Shown: positions 46,442 through 56,434, numbered from the stretch's first letter. The stretch is 64,000 bases of DNA from Myxococcales bacterium (GCA_045863395.1 BTVJ01000003.1:128001-192000), one strand, 5' to 3'. The notes: a model not told the origin generated them from the sequence alone. Program-made: numbers and translations.

Positions 46442-48986
46442 CGGGGCCACCACAGCGGGAGCCTCCGGTGGCCCTGCGAGGCAGGATCCGAAGGATCGCA
46501 CTCCCGAGGCCGGGTTGAGAGGGGGCGCCCCTCCGGCGAGCGGGTCTGCCGCCCCCGTCACGCGGCACGTCGCCGCCGTCCGTGTCGTCACGGCGCCGCG
46601 TGGCGTGACGGCTCGGCCCGTCGAACCCGGGCGAGTCGCGGTCTCTCCCGTGGCTCCGGTCACCCACGCGTCGCATCCGCACTCTCCGGCACGAGCCCCG
46701 ACCTCCAGGGTGGAGCTCGCTCGGCCACCGGCCGGGTCTGCCTGCGCGCTGGTGGTCGACGACACGCCGGAGAAGCTCATGGCGCTGTGCGCCTCTCTCG
46801 AGGGGCTCCCCCTCGAGGTCATCGCGGCGCGGTCCGGGGAGGAGGCGCTCCGGTGGCTCCTTGATCGCGACTTCGCGGTGCTGCTGCTCGACGTGGCCAT
46901 GCCGGGGCTCTCCGGCTTCGAGATCGCGAGGCTCGTGCGCCAGCGGCTGCGCACCGAGCACACGCCCATCATCTTCGTCACGAGCATCGGCACCGATGAC
47001 GCCCAGGTGGCAGAGGGCTACGAGCTCGGCGCGGTCGACTACATCTTCGCGCCCGTCAACCACCACGTCCTGCGCGCCAAGGTGATGGCCTTCGTCGAGC
47101 TCTTCCGCAAGACTCGGCTGCTGGGGGAGCAGGCCCGCCAGCTCGAGAATCAGACCAGGGAGCTGGCGGCGAGCCAGCAGAGCTTTCGCAGCATCGTGGA
47201 CAAGTCTGCCGACGGGATCGTCGTCGTGGACGCCGACAACCTCGTGCGCTTCGCAAACCCGGCGGCGGTCCGGTTCTTCGGATGGCGCGCCGCCATCGTG
47301 GGAGAGCCGTTCGGCCACCGCATCGAGGCGGACCGCACGGTGGACATCGTCGTCTCGCGCCCAGGCGGACCAGGGGTCGTCGCCGAGGTCTCCGCCGTGA
47401 GCACCGAGTGGGAGGGCGAGGCGGCCACCCTGTGCGTGCTTCGCGACGTGACGCCACGCAAGCGCGCGGAGGCGCGACTGGCAGAAGAGAAGGAGCGTCT
47501 GTCGGTCACGCTCCGCTCGCTGCGGGACGCGGTGGTCACGACCGACACGGAGGGGCGTGTCGTCCTCATGAACAGCGGCGCCGAGCTGCTGCTCGGCCAC
47601 AAGCTCGACGAGGTGCGCGGGGCGCCGCTGCGGTCCCTGGTGGAGCGGATCGAGGGAGCCAACGGCAGCATCGGCCGCGCCCTGGAGTCGGTGCTCGACC
47701 GCCAGACGGACGGCTTCCGCGAGGGCCGAAGCGCGCTGCCGCTCCACGACCGCGTCCTGCACTACCACGTTGCGCCTGTCGTAGACGTCGCGGGAGTCAG
47801 CTCGGGCGCCGTCCTCGTGCTGCGAGACATCACCGAGCAGCAGCGCGTCGAGGCCGAGGTCCTCAGGACCAACAAGCTGGAGTCGCTCGGCGTGCTCGCC
47901 GGAGGGATCGCGCACGACTTCAACAACATCCTGGCCGGAGTCATGGCGAGCGTCTCACTCGCGGAGGTGATGGTCCGCTCGCAGGTCCCCGCCGCCGCTG
48001 ACCGCCTGCGGACGGCGACAAGGGTGTGCGAGCGGGCGCGGGACCTGACCCGGCAGCTCCTGACCTTCTCGAAGGGAGGCGCCCCCATCCGCGAGACCCT
48101 GTCTCTCGCCGAGGTGCTCCCCGACGCGGTGGACCTGGCGCTCGGCGGCTCCAGCGTGGCGTGCGACCTGCAGATTGCGGACGACCTGTGGGCCGTGGAG
48201 GCGGACGCGGGGCAGCTCGGCCAGGCGGTGCAGAACGTGACGCTGAACGCGGTTCAGTCCATGCCGCTCGGGGGGCAGGTCGTGATTCGGGCCGAGAACG
48301 TCATGTACGCCGATGACCAGTCCCTGCCGCTGAACCCTGGGCCACACGTCAGGGTCACCATCGAGGACCACGGGCCTGGGATCCCGCCCGACCTGCTCCC
48401 GCGGGTGTTCGACCCGTTCTTCACGACAAAGGACATCGGTACGGGCCTGGGCCTCTCCACGACGCTGTCGATCCTGCAACAGCACGACGGGCACGTCGTC
48501 ATCGAGTCGGAGCCTGGCAAGGGGACGACCGTGACTCTGTACCTGCCCGCGGTGCTGGAGTGCCCGCAGCCGAGGTCCCGGAGCGAGCACTCGGAGCTCC
48601 AGGCGGGGACGGGGACGATCCTCGTGATGGACGACGACTGGGCCATCCGCGAGCTCGCGGGCCAGTGCCTCTCCCAGCTCGGGTACGACGTGTGCTATGC
48701 GTCCAACGGCGAGGAGGCGATCAGCGCATACCGGGAGGCGCTCGGGCGGCAGCAGCGCATCGACGCGGTGATCCTGGATCTCACGATCCGTGGCGGCATG
48801 GGCGGGCGAGAGGCCGTAGCGCGGCTGCTCGACCTCGATCCGACCGTCCGGGCCATCGTCTCGAGCGGCTACTTCAACGACCCCGTCATGGCCGACTACC
48901 GCGGCTACGGCTTCAGCGGCATCCTCAGCAAGCCTTACAGCGTCGCCGACCTGGGTCGCGTCTTGCGCGAGGTGCTCGCGAGCTGA
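46431..48986 (+). CDS. Hybrid histidine kinase REC-PAS-PAS-HisKA-HATPase-REC
   Basis: LVVDD..LLDVAMP; two PAS-like segments ending [40 protein letters not shown]-terminal ~100 aa low complexity so true start may be later. Confidence 0.93.
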
Positions 48987-49069
48987 GTGGGCCGGGGCTT
49001 GGGCGCCCAGGGCCGGATCGCAGGCCACCACCTCCTCTGGCGGCGGACCGCGTGTGATTCACCGCATCG

Positions 49070-49235
49070 ACAGGGTCAGCAACAAGTAGCTGCACGCCCC
49101 TCATGGCCGCCTTCGGGCGGCTCGGCCCCGGCCAACCCCGGGAGGTACCAGGAGTGCATCCGCGGGGTTGGCCGAGGCCGATCCGCCGCGAACTCGGCGC
49201 ATGAGGGCCGCGCCCATATTTGTTTCTGACCCTGT
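49070..49235. mobile_element. Second MITE-like element, 166 bp, 19-bp imperfect terminal inverted repeats
   Basis: ACAGGGTCAGCAACAAGTA (49070-88) vs TATTTGTTTCTGACCCTGT (49217-35), 2 mismatches; ~110-nt internal hairpin; no clear target duplication. Confidence 0.7.
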
Positions 49236-49365
49236 GAGAGCCTGTGAACCGCGACGCGGGTCGGCCTGAGGCGCCTCTGGATGCCTCTCCCGTGCCCGAG
49301 CTCCCCCGCTGAAGTCATGGCCTCGCGTGCGCCGGATGACGTCGAGCCGGGGGGGCGCACAGCGT

Positions 49366-50823
49366 TCACCGGGGAGGGAGCACCTGCATGACGGCGAGCT
49401 GCTCGTTCTGGAAGACGGGGCGGAAGCGGTGGCGGTTGCGCAGCACAAAGGGGGCCAGCTCCTGCATGTCGCGCTGTGACCACACCGCGATGACCACGTA
49501 GCGGACGCCGGCGCCGTCCAGGGCGGCCCACTGCTCGGCGTCCGTCGCCTTCGGCGTCCAGGAGATGCTGCGGCGCCCGGTGAGCAGCGCGAGCGGGCGC
49601 GGCTTGCAGAAGGCCCAGACGGCATCCGGTGGTCCCTCGGCGCGAGCGAAGGCGAAGAGCTGCTGGCTGGACGGCAGCATGACGCCCTCCTGCACCGGCC
49701 CCATGTCCACGGTCTCGTACTTGGACGCGTAGCTGCCGAGCGTGAGCGCCACGAGCCCCGCCTGGAGCCAGGGCCGGCGGTCTCGCGTGAGGCGGTCGGC
49801 GCCCTCCACGGCGTAGAGGAGCAGGGCGGGGATGACCGGCACCAGCAGGCGGGCCAGGTAGTAGGGCCAGATGATCACGGTGCCCAGGTAGAGCGGCAGG
49901 AAGACCTCCAGGGCAGAGGGGCTCTCCCGGACCCGGCGAGCATAGCCGACGAGGGCGAGCAGGCACGTCGCGACAGTGAGCGCCAGGGTCGGCGGCTCCC
50001 AGCGGCCGTTGTCGAACAGCGCGGCGATGACGGTCGGGTAGGTCTCCAGGTTGCGCAGGATGACGTCCCAGGAGAGGACGAACACGTCGCCATAGCTGCC
50101 CACGACGCTGATGAGCGCTGCTTGGATCGCCGCGGGCACGGCGAAGGCGACGAGCGCCACGGCGAGGTCGCGAGGCCGGCGGGCGCGGGAGAGCAGCGCC
50201 GCCGCCATGCCCGCCACGAGGAGCATCCCGACGCTCCGCGTCCCGTAGGCGAGGTACGCGGTCAGGCCCGCAGCGGCGGCGAGCCCTGGCGCCGCCCCAC
50301 TTTGCCAGCGGTCCTGGACCGCCCCCCACAAGGCGAAGGTCGCGTAGATGAACAGCACGAAGGTCAGGTCCGGCTTCACGCCGTTCGAGAAGTGCCAGAC
50401 GTAAGGGTTGAGCCCGAAGAGCGCGGCCACCGCGAGGGCGCGCAGGTGGCCCGTGCGCTGGCGCGCCAGCGCGTAGATCGCCAGGAGCGACGCGAGGAGC
50501 GACAGGAGCGGCACGATCTTCAGCGCGTCCAGGTCCACGCCCGTGACGGCGAGCACGGGGGCGAGCAGCAGCGGGAAGACCGGGGGATAGGCCCGCGGGG
50601 ACAGGCCCGGGTCGTCCGGGTTGTAGATCCAGGGGGTGTCGGTGTAGCCGGTGCCCTCGACGATGGACCGGGCGTGCATGACGTAGAGGGCGAAGTCTCC
50701 GCCCCAGTCGTGGCCGGGGCGGAGGGTCAGCAGGTAGAAGGCCCCGACGACGACGATCAGACCCACGACCGTCGCGATGCGCAGGGTCCTGGTCTGGTTC
50801 ACCTCCGTACCTCCACGGGTCAT
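49366..50823 (-). CDS. Polytopic membrane glycosyltransferase (GT-C / ArnT-PMT-like)
   Basis: GGDFALYVMHARSI; YPPVFPLLLA; KPDLTF; TRSVG; about 11 TM helices plus C-terminal soluble domain. Confidence 0.75.
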   Translation of the reverse strand: MTRGGTEVNQTRTLRIATVVGLIVVVGAFYLLTLRPGHDWGGDFALYVMHARSIVEGTGYTDTPWIYNPDDPGLSPRAYPPVFPLLLAPVLAVTGVDLDALKIVPLLSLLASLLAIYALARQRTGHLRALAVAALFGLNPYVWHFSNGVKPDLTFVLFIYATFALWGAVQDRWQSGAAPGLAAAAGLTAYLAYGTRSVGMLLVAGMAAALLSRARRPRDLAVALVAFAVPAAIQAALISVVGSYGDVFVLSWDVILRNLETYPTVIAALFDNGRWEPPTLALTVATCLLALVGYARRVRESPSALEVFLPLYLGTVIIWPYYLARLLVPVIPALLLYAVEGADRLTRDRRPWLQAGLVALTLGSYASKYETVDMGPVQEGVMLPSSQQLFAFARAEGPPDAVWAFCKPRPLALLTGRRSISWTPKATDAEQWAALDGAGVRYVVIAVWSQRDMQELAPFVLRNRHRFRPVFQNEQLAVMQVLPPR

Positions 50824-50874
50824 GGGGAGAGAGCCGCTCGGCGGAGACGGTCGCCGCGGGTCGCACTCTCGGGA

Positions 50875-52713
50875 TCAGCGCATCCGGTCGGTGCCGACCC
50901 ACTCGTCCCAGGAGTCGGCCCAGCCGTCGTAGTGGATCAGGTAGCGCTCGCCGTCCACCTTGCGGATGGTGGCCTTGTACCAGGAGCTGCCCCACAGGAC
51001 CTCGATGCTCTGGCCGAGGGCGTAGCGGCCGGCCGTCGCCGGCGGGGGCGGCGCCGCGGGGAGATCGCTCGCGAGCAGGCGGATGCGGTCGGTCGTGACC
51101 CACTCGTCCCACGAGTCCGCCCAGCCCTCGTAGTGGATCAGGTAGCGGTTGCCGTCCTTCTTGCGGATCACGGACTTGTACCAGCCGCCGGTCGACTGGA
51201 CCTCGACCGTCTGCCCGAGGGCGTAGGCCTCGATGGGCGCCACGGGGATCACGACGACCGGCTTCGGCGGCGTGGGGGGGCGCACGCGCTCGGGGCCGAC
51301 CCACTCGTCCCAGCGCTCGTCGTAGCCGTCGTAGCGCACGTAGAAGCGGCCGGCCTTCTCAGCCAGGATCTTCGCGGGCCACCACTTGCCGTTCCAGAGC
51401 ACCTCCACGGGGCGCGCGTTCACGGGGACGGCTACCGGCTCCACGTCCTTGCCGAGCTGCACCCGGTCGGCCGCCACGCACTCGTCCCAGGCGGGGCTGC
51501 CCCCGATGAACCGCACGCAGTAGCGGTCCCCCTGGCGCTCCTTCACCCCCGCCGGCCACCACGCGCCGCCCCAGTCGACCATCACCTGGCGGGTTGCCTG
51601 GGAGACGCCCGGGCCCCCGAGCGGCCCGCGGAGGCGGTCGCCGGCCACCCACTCGTCGCGGTCGCGCGGCCACCCGGCGTAGGAGATCAGGTGGAAGGGG
51701 CCGTCCACGCGCGCCACGTCTCCCTCGTAGGTGAGGCCGTCGAGGGAGACCAGGACGCCGCTCTTCGGCGCGTACGACGGCCACTCGATCGGCTTGAGGT
51801 CGGACTTCTGGACCTGCACGCGGGAGGGGTCGCCATCCTTCAGCAGCTCCACGGTGACGCTGGCGCCCTGGTCGCTGAGGATGCGCCCCACCTTCCACTC
51901 GCCCTGGCGGACCTGGACGTAGGGGTTGCCGGGCACCTGGGCGCGAGGGGCCCGCTCGGCGCGGCTCAGGGCGAAGTCCTTGGGCCAGCCCTTGTTGGTG
52001 TAGCCGGCCTTCTCCCCGTCCCGGTGGGCGAGGGCCTCCGTCAGCTCGTCGGACAGCTCCCGCAGGGTGATGGCGCCGTCTCCGTCCCGGTCGGCCTCGG
52101 CGCGGCCCGCGAGGGCGTCGATCAGCGTGCGGGTGAAGGTCCACGTCCGGGTGGAGGCGTTGGACGCCGTGGCCGACGTCAGCGCCGCCACGTGCAGCGA
52201 CTTGCCGCCGAGGGTGCGCGCGACGTCCTGGAGCGCGCCGCTGTGTCGGGCGTCGGCGAGCAGAAGGACGCGCTTGCCGCGAAACCCCTTGGCGAGCCAC
52301 CCGGCGATGGTCGAGACCTGCCACCCGGTCTGTGGGCGCCGGGCGTCGGTGTCGTAGCTCGCGAAGGACACCGTGCCGTCGGCTCCTTTCAGGCCCTGGC
52401 CGGCGTAGTAGACGATCAGCGTCGCGTCGGGACCCGCGAGGCCCGCCAGGCGCTGGCCGGCCTCGCGGATTGCCGCCGTGGTGGCGGCCTCGTCGAGGAG
52501 CACCATCCGGTGGTCGTCGGGGACCCCGAGGGCCGCCAGGCGCTCGTCCAGGGCGCGGTCCAGGCGCTTGGCGCTCGGCATCGGGGCGAGGTCCGGGTCC
52601 TTCCAGCGCTGGACGCCGACGATCAGCGACCAGGTGTTGGACGGATCCAGCGGGGGGGCCGCGGTGGCGGTCGCGGCGATCAGGATCAAGGTGAGGGCGA
52701 CGGCTGCTCTCAT
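50875..52713 (-). CDS. Secreted caspase-fold (C14-like) protein lacking catalytic dyad, with EF-hand-like loop and six Tudor/Agenet-like repeats
   Basis: Signal peptide; LIVGV, LLDEAAT, LIVYYAGQG, LLADARHSG, FTRTLIDAL; DRDGDGAITLREL; repeats Y.I.Y.GW..SWDEWV..DR.R. Confidence 0.8.
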   Translation of the reverse strand: MRAAVALTLILIAATATAAPPLDPSNTWSLIVGVQRWKDPDLAPMPSAKRLDRALDERLAALGVPDDHRMVLLDEAATTAAIREAGQRLAGLAGPDATLIVYYAGQGLKGADGTVSFASYDTDARRPQTGWQVSTIAGWLAKGFRGKRVLLLADARHSGALQDVARTLGGKSLHVAALTSATASNASTRTWTFTRTLIDALAGRAEADRDGDGAITLRELSDELTEALAHRDGEKAGYTNKGWPKDFALSRAERAPRAQVPGNPYVQVRQGEWKVGRILSDQGASVTVELLKDGDPSRVQVQKSDLKPIEWPSYAPKSGVLVSLDGLTYEGDVARVDGPFHLISYAGWPRDRDEWVAGDRLRGPLGGPGVSQATRQVMVDWGGAWWPAGVKERQGDRYCVRFIGGSPAWDECVAADRVQLGKDVEPVAVPVNARPVEVLWNGKWWPAKILAEKAGRFYVRYDGYDERWDEWVGPERVRPPTPPKPVVVIPVAPIEAYALGQTVEVQSTGGWYKSVIRKKDGNRYLIHYEGWADSWDEWVTTDRIRLLASDLPAAPPPPATAGRYALGQSIEVLWGSSWYKATIRKVDGERYLIHYDGWADSWDEWVGTDRMR

Positions 52714-52756
52714 GGGTGCTCCTGGTGTCTGGTGGTTTCGGACGCGCACCATAGCA

Positions 52757-52800
52757 TGGCGCGGAGTCGCTGGCATCATCGTGAACGGCGGGGCCCCGAC
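52757..52800. repeat. 44-bp dispersed direct repeat, copy 1
   Basis: TGGCGCGGAGTCGCTGGCATCATCGTGAACGGCGGGGCCCCGAC; 43/44 identical to 61494-61537. Confidence 0.9.
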
Positions 52801-53032
52801 GGCGCAGCCCAGCGCACATTCACCGCTCTCGGAGCCAAGGGCTGCGTCGCGGTGCGACGACGTCCCGGCGGCGGCGCGCTCGACGGCCGTCGCGTCGCAG
52901 GGCGCGGACAGGGGCCGCATCGATCCTGCTGCCCGGCCATGGGTCCAGGACGTCCTGGTCGCGGGTGGGTGCGCTCCGGTTGGGACGTGCTACCATGGGC
53001 GGCCGGGAAGCAACCCACACGAGGAGCGGGCG

Positions 53033-54163
53033 GTGACGAACGGGCGAGGTCTGGTGGTGGTGCTGTTGGTTCAGGTCCTGTGGTCTTGTGAGGGCGACCC
53101 CGCGGAGCAGGACGGGGGTGGGGCGATCCTCGACGGCGCGAGCGGGTCACAGGACGCAGGTCCGGGGGCAGATGGCGGGCAGGACGCGGGAGCCGTTGGC
53201 GCGGACTCCGGCGCCGTGGTGGGTGGGGATGCGGGAGGGGCGGGTGGTGACTCGTCCCCCACCGTCTCCCCGCTCCTCGACCTCTACGAGCTGGGCGGAG
53301 ACGCGTGGCCGGAGAGCGTCGCCTTCGATCCGGTCACCCGCGCTTTCTTCACGGGCAGCTTGACCCGCGGGAACGTGACGCGCACCGACGGGGTCACGGG
53401 CGCGCTCTCGGAGCTCCACCCGGGCAACGGCGACGGGTGGCTCACCCTCGGCCTCGAGGTGGACGCAGCGCGTCGGCGCCTGTGGGTCTGCACCGTGAAG
53501 GGCAAGTCCATCGAGCGCGGGGAGGTGCTCCTCCTCGATGTGGACTCCGGGGCGCTCACGGCGCGGGTCGATCTGGAGGAAGCCGCGCCCGGTGCGGCGT
53601 GCACGGACTTCGCTCTCCGCTCGGACGGGGTGGCCTTCGTGACGGACCGTCAGGCTGGTCGCATCTACGAGATCGCCGCGGGCGCGCAGCCCGTGCTGAA
53701 GGTTCTCGTGAGCGACCCGCTCCTCGACCCGGAGGCCATCGGTCAGAACGGCATCGTCCTGTCTCCCGACGAGAAGACGCTCATCAGCGGCAAGTACCTG
53801 CCGCCGCGGCTGATTCGGGTGAGCCTGGACACGCCTGCCCCCGTGGTCACGGCGCTGGATCTCGACTTCGGCGATCTGGCCGGTGGCGCTGACGACCTCG
53901 TCATCTTCGACGGGCGCATCCACGTCGTCGTAGAGGACACCGTCGCCGAGGTGGTCATGAACGCCGACTGGACCGCGGGCTCCGTGACCGCGGCGATCCC
54001 GGTCCACCCGAACGGGGACGGCTCCCTCCAGGGCGGCTACTCGGGCCTCACCGTCGCGGAGGGCGCCGTGTACGCCTCCCGCAGCGACGTGCTGAAGTTC
54101 GCGGTCGGGGCGGTCAACGTGGAGCCGTTCGTGATCCGTCGGCTGAGCATCCCTCCGCTGTGA
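53033..54163 (+). CDS. SMP-30/gluconolactonase-like beta-propeller lipoprotein
   Basis: VLWSC lipobox; PESVAFD, LGLEVDAARRRLWV, FVTD, NGIVLSPD, GADDLV blade motifs. Confidence 0.75.
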   Translation: MTNGRGLVVVLLVQVLWSCEGDPAEQDGGGAILDGASGSQDAGPGADGGQDAGAVGADSGAVVGGDAGGAGGDSSPTVSPLLDLYELGGDAWPESVAFDPVTRAFFTGSLTRGNVTRTDGVTGALSELHPGNGDGWLTLGLEVDAARRRLWVCTVKGKSIERGEVLLLDVDSGALTARVDLEEAAPGAACTDFALRSDGVAFVTDRQAGRIYEIAAGAQPVLKVLVSDPLLDPEAIGQNGIVLSPDEKTLISGKYLPPRLIRVSLDTPAPVVTALDLDFGDLAGGADDLVIFDGRIHVVVEDTVAEVVMNADWTAGSVTAAIPVHPNGDGSLQGGYSGLTVAEGAVYASRSDVLKFAVGAVNVEPFVIRRLSIPPL

Positions 54164-54295
54164 CGGCGCTGCCGGGATGCTGCGCCCCTGCGTGGAGTGC
54201 GTGACAGCGGGCCTTCGCGTCGTGCGCTTCGGCGCGGTGGTCCACCAGCAGCGGGTCGGGCAGCGCCGGGGGGCGGCGTTGCTCCCAGGCGCCGA

Positions 54296-55102
54296 TCAGG
54301 CCAGCGCGGGCTGCTCCGGTGGAGCGGGGGCGGGCTTCACGGCCGCCTTGGGCTTTCCGTCCACGGCGTGCAGCGCCGGGAAGCCGTCCAGCGCATCGGG
54401 CTCGCCCCGAAGGAGCCAGAGGGCCGCGGCCCGCACCTCGTCGTAGCTCAGCCGCAGCAGGGTGAAGACGCGCTCGGGGAGGTCGGCGGGCGCGCCCGGC
54501 AGGCGGACTCCAGCGATGGTCGCGAGGATCTCGTCGCCGTCGCGTCGCGCGTCGCTGGCGTCCGTCGCGCGCCAGTACTTCGTGTCGATCTCGAGCACGG
54601 AGCGGTGCGCGTCGTAGAGGACCGCGAGCCGCTGCAGATCGAAGGCCAGGTCCGTGTGACCGCCGCCTGATCGGATGGACGCAATCTCCTCGCCGGTCTT
54701 CGGCAGATCCCCCAGGTAGTAGGTGACGGCGGCGAGCATGCGCGACCGCCGGGAGACGGCATCCTCCACCAGCTTCACGGGCAGCCTGGCCCTCGTCGCG
54801 ACGGCGTCCGCCTGCAGCCCCTGCTGGTACAGGTGCACGGCCGCCCACCCCAGGTCGGCGAGGCGCGCCAGGTGCACCGGCGAGAGCTCGGCGGGCGGCA
54901 GCGCGGCAAACCGGGCGGCAAGCGCCTCGTCGTCGGTGATCCGCCGCGCCACACCGATGGCGCGGAGCCCGATGGTCAGGAGCCCCGCCGTGATCCGCTG
55001 CACCTCCCCCGGCGCCAGCGCCTCCGCCGCCTCCCGCACCGCCGCCAGCGCCGCCTCACCCCGCGCGGGGGTATACTCCAGCTCCTGCGCGTCCGTCGTC
55101 AT
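54296..55102 (-). CDS. Hypothetical alpha-helical protein
   Basis: Strong GC3 bias; AGGAGG SD before ATG; no recognisable catalytic motif. Confidence 0.75.
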   Translation of the reverse strand: MTTDAQELEYTPARGEAALAAVREAAEALAPGEVQRITAGLLTIGLRAIGVARRITDDEALAARFAALPPAELSPVHLARLADLGWAAVHLYQQGLQADAVATRARLPVKLVEDAVSRRSRMLAAVTYYLGDLPKTGEEIASIRSGGGHTDLAFDLQRLAVLYDAHRSVLEIDTKYWRATDASDARRDGDEILATIAGVRLPGAPADLPERVFTLLRLSYDEVRAAALWLLRGEPDALDGFPALHAVDGKPKAAVKPAPAPPEQPALA

Positions 55103-55449
55103 GGACCACCTCCTGTGGAGAGCGGTGCCTGTCACCTACCCCAGGGGACCCGCCCGCTCCATCTGTGTCATCGGTCGCGGAGTGTGTGTCGCTACGGTCG
55201 AAAAGGCAAGCTCCCATTGTACGAGCCGATGGTGGACGATCCGAGCAAGGTTCCGAACGATCCTCACCCCTGCGCCGAGCGTCCCGGCGCCCTTCGGTGC
55301 CGCGCGCGCTTCGCCGGGGAGCCACGGAGGGCCGCCGCGGACGATCCGGTGGCGCGCTTGACGGCGGTCGGCGCGGCGCCGACGATGACTCGAGGCCGCT
55401 GGCACTGTACCTGCTGGAAGCTGCCGCCGAGGGTCCAAGGAGAGCCGCC

Positions 55450-55677
55450 GTGCTGAAGTCCGTGCGCGCCATCGTGGACGAAGAGGGGACCGTCCGAGTC
55501 CCGGAGCCCATGAAGCTCGACCGCCCGACGATGGCCATCCTCACCCTCCTCGACGACGGAGACGCTGCTGAGTCGGCCTCTCATCCAGAGACCGCCATCT
55601 TGAGCGAGACAGCCCTCGATGACTGGAGCAGGCCCGAGGAGGACGAGGCATGGGCGTACCTGCAGCCGGATCGGTAG
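55450..55677 (+). CDS. Putative type II antitoxin
   Basis: 75-aa acidic protein (ETAILSETALDDWSRPEEDEAWAYLQ) overlapping the PemK/MazF toxin start. Confidence 0.75.
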   Translation: MLKSVRAIVDEEGTVRVPEPMKLDRPTMAILTLLDDGDAAESASHPETAILSETALDDWSRPEEDEAWAYLQPDR

Positions 55678-55982
55678 TCCTGCTCCCCTTTCCCTTCTCC
55701 GACCTGTCACACTCCAAGCGGCGTCCAGCGGTCGTTCTTGCGAGCGTCGGGCAGGGTGACTGCGTGCAGGTGACGAGCAACCCCTATGGAGCTCCCCATG
55801 CCATCTCCAATGCCGACGGCGACCTCGCCGAGGGCGGCCTGCACCACGAGAGCTTCGCGCGCCCCGGCAAGCTCTTCACGGCGAGCGAGAGCCTCTTCGT
55901 TGCGACACCTGGCCGGCTCCGACCCGCGAAGCATGGGGAGCTGATCGCCGTAGTCGGCCTTCTGCGCTTCGGGGCGCACTGA
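55650..55982 (+). CDS. PemK/MazF family endoribonuclease toxin
   Basis: GSVVLLPFPFSDLSHSKRRPAVVL; QVTSNPY; SFARPGKLFTA. Confidence 0.88.
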   Translation: MGVPAAGSVVLLPFPFSDLSHSKRRPAVVLASVGQGDCVQVTSNPYGAPHAISNADGDLAEGGLHHESFARPGKLFTASESLFVATPGRLRPAKHGELIAVVGLLRFGAH

Positions 55983-56036
55983 ACGTTCGTCGTGGGGGAG
56001 GGTCAACCCGGCGCCTGGTGGGGGACCGCGCCTTCG

Positions 56037-56353
56037 GAACGGCAGGGCTCGTTCCTGAGGACCGCGAACGCCCCCCACGAACGGTAGGGACCGTTCCACA
56101 AGACCACCAACGCCCTCCGCGAACGGTAGGGACCGTTCCGCTAGACCACCAACGCCCTCCGCGAAGGGTAGGGACCGTTCCGCAAGACCACCAACGCCCT
56201 CCGCGAAGGGTCCCCACCGTTCCTCGAACCGTTCCAGACGCCGTCGGTCCCCCTCTGTAACGGTGGGGACCGTTCCCCGAGCGTCTCCCGGGAACGGTGG
56301 GGACCGTTGTATATGGCAGGTTGACCGTCTCGGCGAACGGTGGGGACCGTTCC
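56037..56353. repeat. Array of eight palindromic AACGGT(A/G)GGGACCGTT motifs; first five at 42-bp period
   Basis: Copies start at 56037 (degenerate), 56079, 56121, 56163, 56205 (core inverted), 56259, 56292, 56335. Confidence 0.9.
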
Positions 56354-56434
56354 CCGGCCCCTCCCGTCAGCGCCGTCCCGACGGTGCCCACTCCGCCGAT
56401 GACCCGGCAGGAGGCCGCTTGCCAGAACCGGGCG

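Noticed and set aside
55170..55265. Weak 21-bp periodicity (ACGATCC at 55236 and 55257) upstream of the hypothetical gene
   Set aside because: Only two short matches; compatible with chance
56037..56353. Possible CRISPR array
   Set aside because: Linkers are mostly identical, spacing is irregular in the last three copies, repeats are short, and no cas genes are in the window
55876..56391. Repetitive ORFs (GTVPTVRGGRWW / PPRTVGTVP) across the array
   Set aside because: By-products of a 42-bp (multiple of 3) repeat; open on both strands with no codon bias or clear RBS
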